DNA of 64,000 nt from NCBI GenBank assembly GCA_004022145.1, contig RCNU01000013.1; one strand, given 5' to 3'. Both the position numbers and the translations under genes were made by a program. Positions 52,028-63,375 of this stretch are shown here, piece after piece; positions within the stretch are counted from its first letter, which is position 1, and each line of letters begins with the position of its first letter. The notes under the pieces were generated by a model. That model was given only the letters and a program-made list of their open reading frames with translations, was not told the origin of the DNA and did no database searches. The DNA comes from Paecilomyces variotii. Its lineage: Eukaryota.

Positions 52028-52852
52028 TGGCTTTGAGTCTTACATCTGTGACTCACTAATTCATCTTTGACCCTTTTTTCCTTCTGAAATAATACCGACG
52101 GAAGGTTATCATATTAGTTTAGATAGTTACACTGTCGGCGTACATAGCGGACGCCAGGTGATTTGTCAATCATCCGTTTGCGGCAGGTTGTTTGAATTCT
52201 GATCGTAGGATAGAAGCTACTAGATTACTAGGATCTAGATTCTTTGTATGCTAAAGATATGGGATCGAATCCCTCCCTAGACCTAGAAATAAGCAAGCAA
52301 TTCAAGTCGTTCAGGCCAGACCTTGCTTCCGTGCCGAAGGATTTGACACTATCATCTCTTGTTCTGGGGTTGGGGGCCGCTACGGTACTTTTTCATCTAT
52401 AACGAAGTAGTACGTTTATTTGTTGGCGGTGCTAGTCGTCTAACATGTATCGTGTCTCTTTCATGTTGATATGATAGTAAGGTGGGTGTGATAGCCTAAG
52501 GAATGAAGTCGAACCCGGACGTTGCGATGCCAGATTTGAACCTCTCGGTGATTTCGACTGATTTTATTGCTGATGCGCAATGGACGGTAATTCAAGGCGA
52601 TCTACTCACATCGCAGATCTTTTCCTGTCGAGTAATCTTGGTTATTATGCATAATTATGCGAAAAACACCCAACACCAGAAGTTTCACGTTCAACTAATT
52701 ACTCATTATTGACTCCAAGAATAACAACAGTAAATAGTCAAACTCGAAATCCTGAACCGTAATGATGTAGTCATATCTGAAAGATCGTATCCTTAAATTG
52801 AAACACAAACGCAAGGAACCCACACGTAGACTCTCGTGTCCCAGCTAACTAG

Positions 52853-53119
52853 CTATACCGTCGACTGACTCTCAGTTTCGACAGGATCTGGATCGACATA
52901 CGGTCTTATTTTCCTGGGCGCTGATCGCGCCTCTGCCTCCATCATAAGTAAATTCCTCCATCTTAGCTCTCGCATGTAAGCTAGCTGTTCATTCGAAGGA
53001 CGTTCGAATATGACCTCGTCGTGTTCCGAGAACATGGCCCAGATACTGCCTACGATCAGTGTGAGGCAGACGGCTCCGATGATAACGAGCACGATGATTC
53101 CATTCTGACTGATAGCCAT
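52853..53119 (-). CDS. Small single-pass membrane protein (88 aa), conserved-looking fungal hypothetical
   Basis: N-terminal TM helix GIIVLVIIGAVCLTLIVGSIW followed by EQLAYMRELRWRN; good start context AAA-ATG. Confidence 0.7.
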   Translation of the reverse strand: MAISQNGIIVLVIIGAVCLTLIVGSIWAMFSEHDEVIFERPSNEQLAYMRELRWRNLLMMEAEARSAPRKIRPYVDPDPVETESQSTV

Positions 53120-54196
53120 TTTGTAGGTCGAGGGATGGTATAAGGAGGGTTCGAGAATGGGATGTTTGAGAGAATGAGTGTCGCTACGAGAAGTTAGCGG
53201 GGTCGGGGACAGATTGTGTAGAAGTTACAGTAGGGAGGTAGTACAACCTTGGGCAAAGGGGTGTCTGTGCTATATATTGTTTGTATCGAGAATCACAATG
53301 CTAGTAATTCCTGAGGTTTGGACGGTATTTATAATCAAGGCAGCTTCGTGTTCGCTTTAGTGATCGTAAATCGCTCCTGAGAACGAGAGTCGTCGGCAAG
53401 ATAAGCGTTCAAGTCAATAGATAACGAGTGGGATGAAGAAAAGTGGGAGAGAATCGACCAGGCAATCCTGCAGGTAGGAATTATCATAGACCAGCATCGC
53501 GCATTACGATGAGATTTATAGGACGGCACAACTTGAGTGTGTCCAAACAGGTACGCGAAGTTTGGAGAAACAAATACCCCTAGAAGAGTGAGATGTGGAG
53601 AACAAAACGAGAGATCGGGAGACATGACTGGCTACGACACCACGGGGGAGAGTCGTTAGCATCTCTCCTGTCATTGTTACATCCAGGTTTGCCTGGCCTC
53701 GACTCAGCTGTGGTCGTATTTTTAGGACCGTTGGCCATCCCGGGGGTGTTGAAGAAGAAGTTTTGATACACATAGTTCTCGGTCATCAACGAGCCTTTCC
53801 ATTTCAGGTCTAGAGTCTCCATGTTGCTAAGAGCAGTGATGTCAGAACCCGAGCGACCCAATCACAAATCGTGTAGACCAAGCCTCTTTCCCACGGTACG
53901 TGATGGCCCCCATTTCCTGGCTGTGTTTCTCCTATTTCGGTCCAGGGGACGTGGGAAGATCATCGCAACTAAACAAACATTAATCCGTCTGTTGCTTTGC
54001 ATTGGTCGATAATCGGCTCTTACCTACTCTAGATAGAGAATAGGCTGGGATCGGATTATAATTAGCATCTGGAGTACATACCTATATCAGGGAACATTCC
54101 GGACTCACAGAACCTGATAATCAGTCTATATTGCTTTTCTTTATCGTCCTGGCTGTGCTGATGAGGGATAATCTAGCACTTGTCGTGAAACTACCT

Positions 54197-55911
54197 CTAT
54201 AAGAGGACATAGAATAAACATTTTTCTGCCCCGTTCCGTGCCTCCCAAGTTAGGTTATTCAAGGATTCCGCGAATGGTACGACAAAATCTGTATGCAATG
54301 CTCCCGTTGGTCCGTCGATCAACTGACGATATAGAAACGGAAGCAGAACGTCTACTGAATTTGCCCACTGCGTTCTAGCCTCCCAAAGAGTAGTATTGAT
54401 GGTTACAAGCGCACTCTGTCTCTCCTGACTGACCGATGCACTAGTCGATGGCGAAATGATCTCGAGTATCATGAATAGGAGCGTGCAGAGGCAGACTAGT
54501 CGGTTGAATTCTTGAACGGCATATGTTCCTTCCAGGTTGGGTCCGTGAACATCGAGGGTTGAGATGCTTTGGAGCAAATGCAAGGCTTCTTGCACTGTCG
54601 GATATTTCTGAAACTCTAGTCGAATGCGGTTGATATCCGTGATCGGATCGAGAGTCGCGCAGAGGAGGGTATAGCCGAAGCTTTCGCAGATCTCCGAGGC
54701 AGGATGTACGTGGTTCAGCCACACTGATCCTGACACCAGAGAGAGTCTAGTCGGTTCGCAGAACTCAAAGTAAGCCGCATAGAACAAATAACAACGCCCT
54801 GGTATCTAAACGACGGACACCTACACGCAAGTTGCGAGCTCCAGTCGCCAGTTATCCCGAAAGGGTGTGAGTCCTCCATTGGCTTGAATCATCCGCTGCA
54901 GCCCATCTCTATGGACGATCCACTGGTCCTCTTGCCCACAATGCTTCTAAGTTGAACCGTATTGAGTCAGTAATTTGAATCTCATCCCATCTCATCATGA
55001 AGGTATCGAGTTGAACTCTGAAGACTCCAGTATCAGACCGCTGTGCTTGAAATTGTGGGAGCAAAATGGTCCTACCTCGAAAATGAGGAGTCGCAGTACT
55101 GCAGCGAATGTGTCATCGCTCAACGCACGATCAGGATCGTTGACCCATAGGTTAAGGATGCTGACAGCTTGAGCCTTGTACCTTAATGGCTCTGCAGAGT
55201 CTCGTTCGCCATACAGGTGGGCCAGATGTGCTGCTGAATGGGCCAGCAAACCATAGAACGAAGCTGGATTTGAGAGGTCAAGCGGAAGCCAAATATCTCT
55301 AACAGGGGTGAATCTTCTCGTTGCTTGCCCGTCTGCCAACATTTCAGAATAAACGCAGAGCCCTGTCATGATTTGCGTCAGTGCCACCGACAGTCGTCCC
55401 GCAGGGAGATTTGGAATAGCTTCCTCGTACAGTGGTACAACAGTCTTTTGTCCTGGGACGTCAGTTGCACTGGAAACTGGCTGAAGTATTCTTGCCTGAC
55501 GAATGAGAACGCATGATCGATATCGGCATGAACCTGAGCTGGGATTCCCAGGACCATAGGCGTTATGGTCTCCGAAGCCTGAGGCTCTGTTGTCTGTGTC
55601 GTAGATATCGTTTGGGAGAGTTGAGAGGCCGATTCACTGTCTGCTTCACCGTGGCTGGAAGATGGTCGGGAGCCCGGGAGAATCCTCCGCAGGGAAGACT
55701 GACTGGCCGTATTTCGCCGGAGTTGATTTTCCTGTTCGCTATGTCTGCGCCTCCAGAATGCACGCATAGCATGACTCCGTGCCCCTGGTTGGCCAGGGCT
55801 GAATACGAATTGAAATCGATCATGTCCGGTCGACTGAGGACCAGTGTCGGAAAGAGCATCATCCTCGGGATCGTGCGAGACTGCTTCACTGGATCTCCTT
55901 GAATGAACCAT
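54197..55911 (-). CDS. Fungal transcription-factor-like protein (Fungal_trans_2/DUF3468-type domain, no Zn cluster)
   Basis: FQFV..ARSHAMR N-terminal motif; RDIWLPLDLSNPASFYGLLAHSAAHL..RYKAQAVSILN..SDDTFAAVLRL; WIVHRDGLQRMIQANGGL; several introns. The 3' end is approximate. Confidence 0.78.
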
Positions 55912-58140
55912 TGCCTGCTGATCTAGAGAGACTCATTGTGATTAGCGGCGTGCTGTTCAACCCTGGACACCATCGTAAACCGAGAACATGGATGAATCGT
56001 AGGGGGAGGGGAGTTACGAGCACCACGGTCAACTCATCTCAACTGCAAAACAGCAAATCGTGACAGAAAACGAATTTCTGTGCGAGATCGCATCCCTCCA
56101 GGAGTCTTATAAAGACCTAATCGAGATATGGAAATTGTCCCGGTGGAGATGGTTCTGAATATCGGTGAGATGAATCTAGGAGATCTTGCGGGGACACTGC
56201 TTATTATGGTATTACTGCCTTATCTCGTTATGACACTAGTGTGGCTGGAAGTTTCATAGAAGCTAATTGCCTATTTGCTTTTTCTTCTTCCAGGTGGGAC
56301 TTCAGATTGTCTGGAGCGCTTAGAGACGGACTTCTCCATGTCTCAGCTGAGACAAAACAATCTATATCGGATAGATAATATCTCTGGAAGAAGACTCGAG
56401 GTAATATGTCCCTTGCAAATCCCGGAGAAGTTCGAGGTTCGCAGTTTTCTTTTCTTATATTTACTAAAAGGATTATCTCCTCGATCTATCCTTTCGATAG
56501 TCGCGCTACAAACATACTACATCCCGTGTCTACGTACTGATATACCGGCTTTTATGAGAGCCAAACAGCGGCCCCTTAGTAGTCTGCATGAAATAAGCTA
56601 TATATCTTCTATGATCCTCCATGTGGCTCATTCAGACGGAGATATATGTACGTTCTTGTACATGACACGAAATCATTTACGATCTGGACCCGCATATCTC
56701 GGAGTTACCCGGGAAACAATCAATTCTATTCCACTTGGGGAAGTAGTAGTTGGCCACTTATTAGATTAGGAGCTGATCTTTTTCAGCTCGGCAATACTAC
56801 TCAACCAACAAAGTTCCGTAAACAGCGACAACATGTCTCTTGGATTGCTTCCGATTGGTGTCAGCGGATTTCATATCTATTGCATACATTGCCGAAACAC
56901 GACTGCCCAACCTCTTGAAAAGAGTCAAATGTTCTTCCGCCGTTAATCTTCCAGAGACAGAAACATTTGGTAGATAACAGTAGAGGGTTCAATAAAGAAT
57001 AGGAACTCTGACAGAAGGCGAACAGAAATTGAAGCTCTTGGAGCGAAGCTCGCTGAGCTTGAGATCTCTAGCAACTAGCTCAGCTCATTTATCTCTGTGG
57101 GCGGAGCTAGAAAGGCATGGGAGAAACCCGATAGGAGGTCTTCCTGTAGGCAGGCTCCGACAGAAGCTTGTCTTTAGTTAAGTAGAATTCTACTGTGCCT
57201 ATCTGAAATTAGGCTCTCCCGGAAGCTGTCCAGCCCCTTACATCAAACACGGAAGCCCTCCAGGAGCTCTTCAGCGTCCTTTGGAAGTGATATCGTGTAA
57301 CTCGGCAACGCTAACACAACATCAAGATAGCAATTGTTTCATGCACTCTACCTGAAGATGGTGTAAAAGGTTCAAAGATGCTACCTCTTCCAAAGACACC
57401 ATATGAACCGCGCAATACAACATGCCGTTGATATTGATTGAAATAGATCAGGGAAATATCAAAGATTTTCTTTTTCTTTTTAGTATCATCGGACTATTGG
57501 AGCATGCTACTTGATCAGTCATCATTTAGCTCTTCACAGAAGTCACCATATATCAAGCGCGGGGGCTGTTAACCTGAGACACGGGTTCCCTATTAGAACC
57601 ACGTAGGTGATTGAGAGAACAGCCTAGTTTCCAGGCCGGAGTAAATATATCGAGCTGGATGTCTTTAAGCAGTGATGTCATTAGGTTTCTTTTATTAATT
57701 ACAAAAACCTTCGATGGAAAATTTTCAAGTTTGAATATATGAAGGGCGTAGAGCATGCAACATTAAGCCACCTATTGTGACCTATTCGAGATCAAAGCAG
57801 ACGTGCCAGGAGTAGGAAATGTGCAGATATAGCACTAGCGAAGCGGCACTATGTGTACATACAAATGCGCAGGCAAAAGCTGCATCTTAATACACCTGAT
57901 GCATACACTTCCACGTGACATTTTGAAAGCGTGTATCCACATTACCATTGCATTTTTAGAGCTTTAATTTAGAGAAACAGTGCCCCTTTCAACTAAGTAT
58001 TATTTTAGAAATGCCAAACAATTTAATGCTTAGTTTCGAGCTTATGTTGTGTAGCTGTAGCATCACAAGAAAGCGGGTTAGAATGGCAGCAACGAGGACC
58101 TAGTTTATCTGTTTTACCCGTCAAGGTTGAACTGTGCCGA

Positions 58141-58280
58141 GATCTAGGATCACGGAAGCAAGATAGGAAGAAAAGCATGTCGTACTGGAATATAATCTCG
58201 ATTGCTTGAACAACTAGAAGATACGGAAATCTATTGACTATTTATGCCCTATGACTTTGTTCTAATTCATTGCTGCGTGA
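58141..58280 (+). repeat. Dispersed degenerate repeat, copy 2
   Basis: aggatcacggaagcaagataggaagaaaag...tgcttgaacaactaga...aaatctattgactatttatgccctatgactt aligns with 27862-28000. Confidence 0.75.
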
Positions 58281-59146
58281 CTCGTTGCGCCCGCCGCCAA
58301 TTTGAAGTACAGTTGATAGGTGATCAACAAAGTTCATTGTTCTATCTATATATACTCTGAAGCTCCGGCCAATCAATCGTGTGCGAGTAGGTAACTCCAG
58401 CTCGTTACTACAAATAACCGGCCTAGAGGTAATACACTTCTATTCGTCCGTTCCTTAGTGCGTTGACAAGCAGTCTCAATCCATTGCTTTTTGCACTCCA
58501 TAAATACTCTAGTCTTCTATGGGATCCCCAAATGGCGCCTCATGAAAGCCAGCTGGTGACTAATGGAGAATTCCACCACCATATGATAATCTACGTTACC
58601 ACCCCTATGATTACAAGTTCCGACACGTCGAGATTGAAGCGTTGGGTCCTCATTCGACCGCTTTGGAGATCCGAATCGCCAAAGGGATGCATGTTCGAGG
58701 TAGATCAGTTGCATGTATACCATACATTAGCTCACTCAATCACAAGCAAACAACACATTGGGACAGACAGCGAAAAAAGAAAAGACGCCCATTAATAATC
58801 GACCAAACCCCCCCTCTATCCGCTCTCTCAATGCAAGACACTCAAGTCTAGACGAAGATCGAAGCTCGAACAACCCCGCCCTTACAAAGCAGCAGATATG
58901 GCGTGCAACGAAAACTCGCGCAAAACTACGCACTTGGTGGTGATTGGCCCCATATTTCCCATACCAGTACGTCAGTCGGACCCAGAGGACCTTGGAGGCT
59001 TGGACTATCCCCCTCTTTAAAGAGTCCGCAAGATGCCCCTCATGGAGGGGTAGACGATCTGTTTGACCTTTTTCTGTTCTCTTCTCGAGTTTCTATACCG
59101 ATTTACTAGGTCTTTTTTCTTGTCTGATATCAATATCTGTGACAAT

Positions 59147-59942
59147 ATGGCTTCTACGACATATACTCTTCCCCCTCTTCCGTACGGATACAATGTAAGC
59201 TACTCCTGAAACCCTCTGCCGGCTCTCCGGTGTCAGAGAAGAGTCAGCGAGGATGTGGAATCGGACGCTGATGGATGTATTTCCAGGCCCTGGAGCCCGT
59301 GATCTCACAGCAGATCATGGAACTGCACCACAAGAAGCATCACCAGACTTACATCAACAACCTGAACGCCGCATTGGCCTCGCAGGCCGCGGCTACTCAG
59401 GCCAACGATGTGCCCCAGCTGATCTCCCTTCAGCAGAAGATCAAGTTCAATGGTGGTGGACACATCAACCACTCCCTCTTCTGGAAGAACTTGACTCCCC
59501 CGGGAACTAAAGAGGCCAACATCGATGTGGCTCCTACGCTGAAGAACGCGATCGTCAGCCGATGGGGTTCGGAGAAGGCATTCACTGATGCCTTCAACGC
59601 TGCTCTTCTCGGTATCCAGGGTAGTGGATGGGGATGGCTTGTTGCCAACAAGCCCGGCGGAAAGCTGGAAATCATCACCACCCACGACCAGGATCCCGTC
59701 ACGTCGCCGGATATTCCGATCTTTGGCGTCGACATGTGGGAGCACGCCTACTACCTGCAGGTTAGTAATTCCCTTCTTCGTTGTAGGGGTTATCCAGCAG
59801 CTGCTAAATGATTATATTTCAGTACCTGAACAACAAGGCCGGTTATGTGGAGGGTATCTGGAAGATCATCAACTGGGCCACGGCGGAAGAGCGATACAAT
59901 AAGGGCATCGACAGCTCTGCCATCTTGAAGGCCTCAATCTAA
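59147..59942 (+). CDS. Manganese superoxide dismutase without mitochondrial presequence (cytosolic Sod3-type)
   Basis: MASTTYTLPPLPYGYN/ALEPVIS..LHHKKHHQTY, FNGGGHINH, QGSGWGWL, DMWEHAYYLQ/YLNNK; introns 59195-59286 and 59761-59822. Confidence 0.96.
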
Positions 59943-60086
59943 GCAATTATCATGAGAACGACGGCATTAAACCAGAACATGAGATCAGATCAATGTAGTC
60001 TAAACGCCGTATCCATCGCTTAATGAGTGATAAAAAATAAACACACGATTCTAGCAAATGCAAGCAAACCCATCCAGTACGCCCAT

Positions 60087-60604
60087 TCAATTATAACCGA
60101 CAATTCCTGTACCAAGCATAGAATTTTGCGATAGTAGCGTCACTTGGCGTCCGAGGATGCCACTGTCGGAGATATCGAGGTCCAATTTCTCTGGGAGATC
60201 GAATTGCATCTCTCTTGAACCGCTCGTGTCGAGGGTGAAGGAATGGAGAGGTCGTGTAGACATTGTCGACGTCAAATCTCCATATCGCCTGTCATTTATT
60301 ATGTTAATTAGCAAAGAGCATTCTCTCATGATTTCCCCCGGCCTAGAGGTTATGGTTGGATTTATGCTTACTCTATCCGCAGATCGACATTCTTGCAATT
60401 CTGCAGGGCCTTCAATGTGCTTGGGTCATCGAATCTGAAGACCGCCCTTGTCCTTATTACATCGTTCGCTGTCTGCGTATTGTGGAAGAACAGAGTGTAT
60501 GGATTAAGCGTAGGTGATGCCGATGACCCCCCTGTGATCTTGGGTGGGAACATGACTGCGATTCGCCCTCCAGCGCTTGGGCGGCCAACTCCGTCGCAAC
60601 ACAT
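60087..60604 (-). CDS. Cu/Zn-SOD/CCS-fold-like protein lacking His metal ligands (144 aa)
   Basis: Exons 60604-60372 and 60288-60087 splice in frame (GTAAGC...GCTAAT..CAG). N-terminal MCCDG, LRIERYGDLT, and SGILGRQV...LGTGIVGYN. Confidence 0.72.
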
Positions 60605-61589
60605 GGTTACCTTCAAAAAGTATGAAAGTTATTGAGTAGATATCGATGTATACAAGACCAAGCCAAGTGGCAAGTTATAATTGTATGGATTAACAAAGAC
60701 ACAACTACTCTTCCACGGCAGGGGTCTCTGCCATATATACCTACCTAATCTATGTATGAAAACAGGGTACCCCGGGGGCGAATCGAGGGGGTCTGCCCCG
60801 AGGGTCCTTCATGTCAGCAATTGAGCGGTATCGAGCACAATTTCCAAGTCCTGGTCGGGCATCGTGGAGTTTTGTCTTACGCGACAGACTAAGATGGCTC
60901 GCGATGTTGCTCAAATATGCGCATGGGTATCCACTAGAGCGAGTTATTTGGTGGGTCAGCGCGGATCACGAAACACCTCGGCTCGAGGAGGTGATTAATT
61001 AATTAGGAGCCTCCATTCAATAATGTTGTATAGACGGATTTGTAGAATGATTAAGAGCATGGTAATATCTTCATCGTGTCTGAATAACTACACGGGCGAC
61101 CTACAATGAGGTTGTGAGTACCTTCGGAGGCAAAATGTATGTACAGTTACTACAGTACAACAATATTGACTCCCAAGGTTGATGGATCTCCGCTAAACTC
61201 TAAGCGGAACTTAAGAGACTTATCCATCTGTCATTTCCTTGTATTGCAAGAAGCGATGAATTATCGGATTCGAACTACGTGGAATGAATTAGATGTGCTA
61301 TGTTTTGTCATCATGCGGGAGCAACATTGATTTCGGATATGATGGTATAACTATGGCGCCAATATAACCAACAGAGCCTCGCCTCTTCATAGAGGGATAT
61401 GTTTATCTAGCCAATCAACGCACAATAACAAGGAAACCGACTAATGTAAACCGTCAAAAATCCACTATTTGTTGCGTTCATCTGTGAAACTTTTGCCCGC
61501 CGGGGAACCAAGGACACCTATAGAACGGCCTGCATTCTACTAGAAGTCATTCCAGCTCAGCCAGCGACATCTGAACTCTAATACAGGAT

Positions 61590-63169
61590 TTATAGGTGGT
61601 ACTGCTCCGGACTCGTAACTTCCATGCCCTGTCTCTTCCATATTCCTTCCACGCCCATATCTTCTTGACCACTGATCTCACAGTTAGATTCGTCCTCCTG
61701 TAGAGGGGATGATAGTTATGTAGGTGACTTACTCATCTTTCCATGTGATGGTCGGCTCCGTGTCTCCCTCAGCCTCGTTGGGGTCGCGGAAGATGACATT
61801 CTTTTTCTTTATACTGGTCAGTATATGGCGAGACAGTTTCTCTTCCTGAGGATAACGTACCAGACCCAAAGTGAGATGGATTGCGCGAGGTCCCCACGAG
61901 AACTTCTCATCCGCGCTTCGTCCCTCGATCAGAGCTTGGATGTTCTTCGCCACGACAGCTGCCTGCGCTATTCCCGGTCTTGCTGCTTTGTGCGAACCAG
62001 TATCGGCGATGTCACCAACAGCAAAGAAGTTGGGGTATTTCTCATCCGAGAATTGCATCGTGGGTTTCACGCGGATATACCCATTCTGAGGATTAATTAT
62101 GGAATCCGGTGCGGAGGCAGACAATCCCTTTACAAGCTCATTATTAGGACTCTGGCCCGTGGCCGGAATGACGAACCCTGCTGGGATCCCTGTTCCGTTT
62201 GTGAGTTGGACTTGGAATGTGCTACCATCATTAGGGAAACCGTTTGATGGAATAACAACACGTGCACCTGTGATGAGTCTTTCCTCCCCCAAGAATGATA
62301 AGTCAGCTATTTTTCCTAGGTTATAAAAACTCGGAATCTTGGACGTACCGGACTCCTAGCTCATCGAACCTCTTCTGGACGAGACTATGGAACTTTTCAT
62401 GAAACTGTGGCATCACTCGCACCCGAGACTGCACCACAGTAACCTCCTTGTCGGGGTAATATTCTTTCAAATCCGTCGCCATCTGCACCCCTACGGCTCC
62501 GCCTCCGGCGATGACGATTGACTTTGCTCGCTTGATCTCAGACTGGTACTGTCTCAAGTACTGAATAGAAGACTGTTTATCGTGAGAAGGCATGTTCCCC
62601 GGTGGAGACAGCACTGTTCCGGTTGCGATAGCGAGATATTCGAAGGGAATCTCATTAGATCCCTGCCATTCGCGGTCGACCTCCACATGCTGAGGTTGCA
62701 CTGAGAGGACGCGGGCCTGTACGACAGCATGTGCGGATGGATCGGGGGTAGCGGCGAAGAGGTTACTGTATGGAATGAAGGCTTTATGCTCATGATCTGG
62801 GACAATTGAGAATCGAGGCTAGATTGGCCCTTCAATCAGTATCATGGACTGGGGGTTCCTGAACAACTGCAGAAGGAGGCTTACGAAAGCAAACAGGTGG
62901 TTAAAGTGACTATGTGGCTCGATCAACAGCACCTGAATAACTCATTAGCATCATTCACAAGACATGAAATGCGGAAACATTGCCGACCCTGTGCGATTTC
63001 GGGATAATTCTCGCGAGTTCCTGAGCTGTAGCCTATATGACAATGTATCATCTCGTTAGCAACTGAATGCTATCCAAGCAAGCGCGGAATAATTCCGTCT
63101 ACGCGTCAAACTCACTCGTCCGACATAGGACCCTCCAACAACGACAATATTCTTAATCAAAGGTGTCAT
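61590..63169 (-). CDS. AIF/AMID-like pyridine nucleotide-disulfide oxidoreductase
   Basis: KNIVVVGGSYVG, VLLIEPHSHFNHLFAF/PRFSIVP, YLAIATGT, IVIAGGGAVGVQMA, FFAVGDIAD, IHLTLGL; multiple introns; stop at 61590. Confidence 0.92.
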
Positions 63170-63356
63170 TTTCGTATATTCAAGAACAGTCGATATTTCT
63201 CTTAATCGTAAGCATGTAATGATACTCAGGAAAATGAACAAAACCGTCCCCTTTATACGCCCTAGGGTCATCGTTAAGACCGAGCTCCGCGGGTCATGGA
63301 CTGAACTGTAGTCTCGGAGATATCTTTTGCCACGATTCGACAGTCCCTCCCCATAG

Positions 63357-63375
63357 TTATCAGATTATCTGATAA
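63357..63375. promoter_or_regulatory. Palindromic pair of ATCWGATAA (SreA-type GATA) sites
   Basis: TTATCAGAT-T-ATCTGATAA, a perfect inverted repeat about 190 bp upstream of the AMID-like ATG. Confidence 0.65.

Noticed and set aside
52225-52285. tRNA-like or 5S-like fragment (TCTTT-7nt-AAAGA hairpin followed by GGGATCGAATCCC) near the island's right edge
   Set aside because: No D-arm or matching acceptor stem and the T-loop is non-canonical; the 5S match is only about 10 bp. tRNAscan-SE or Infernal would settle it.
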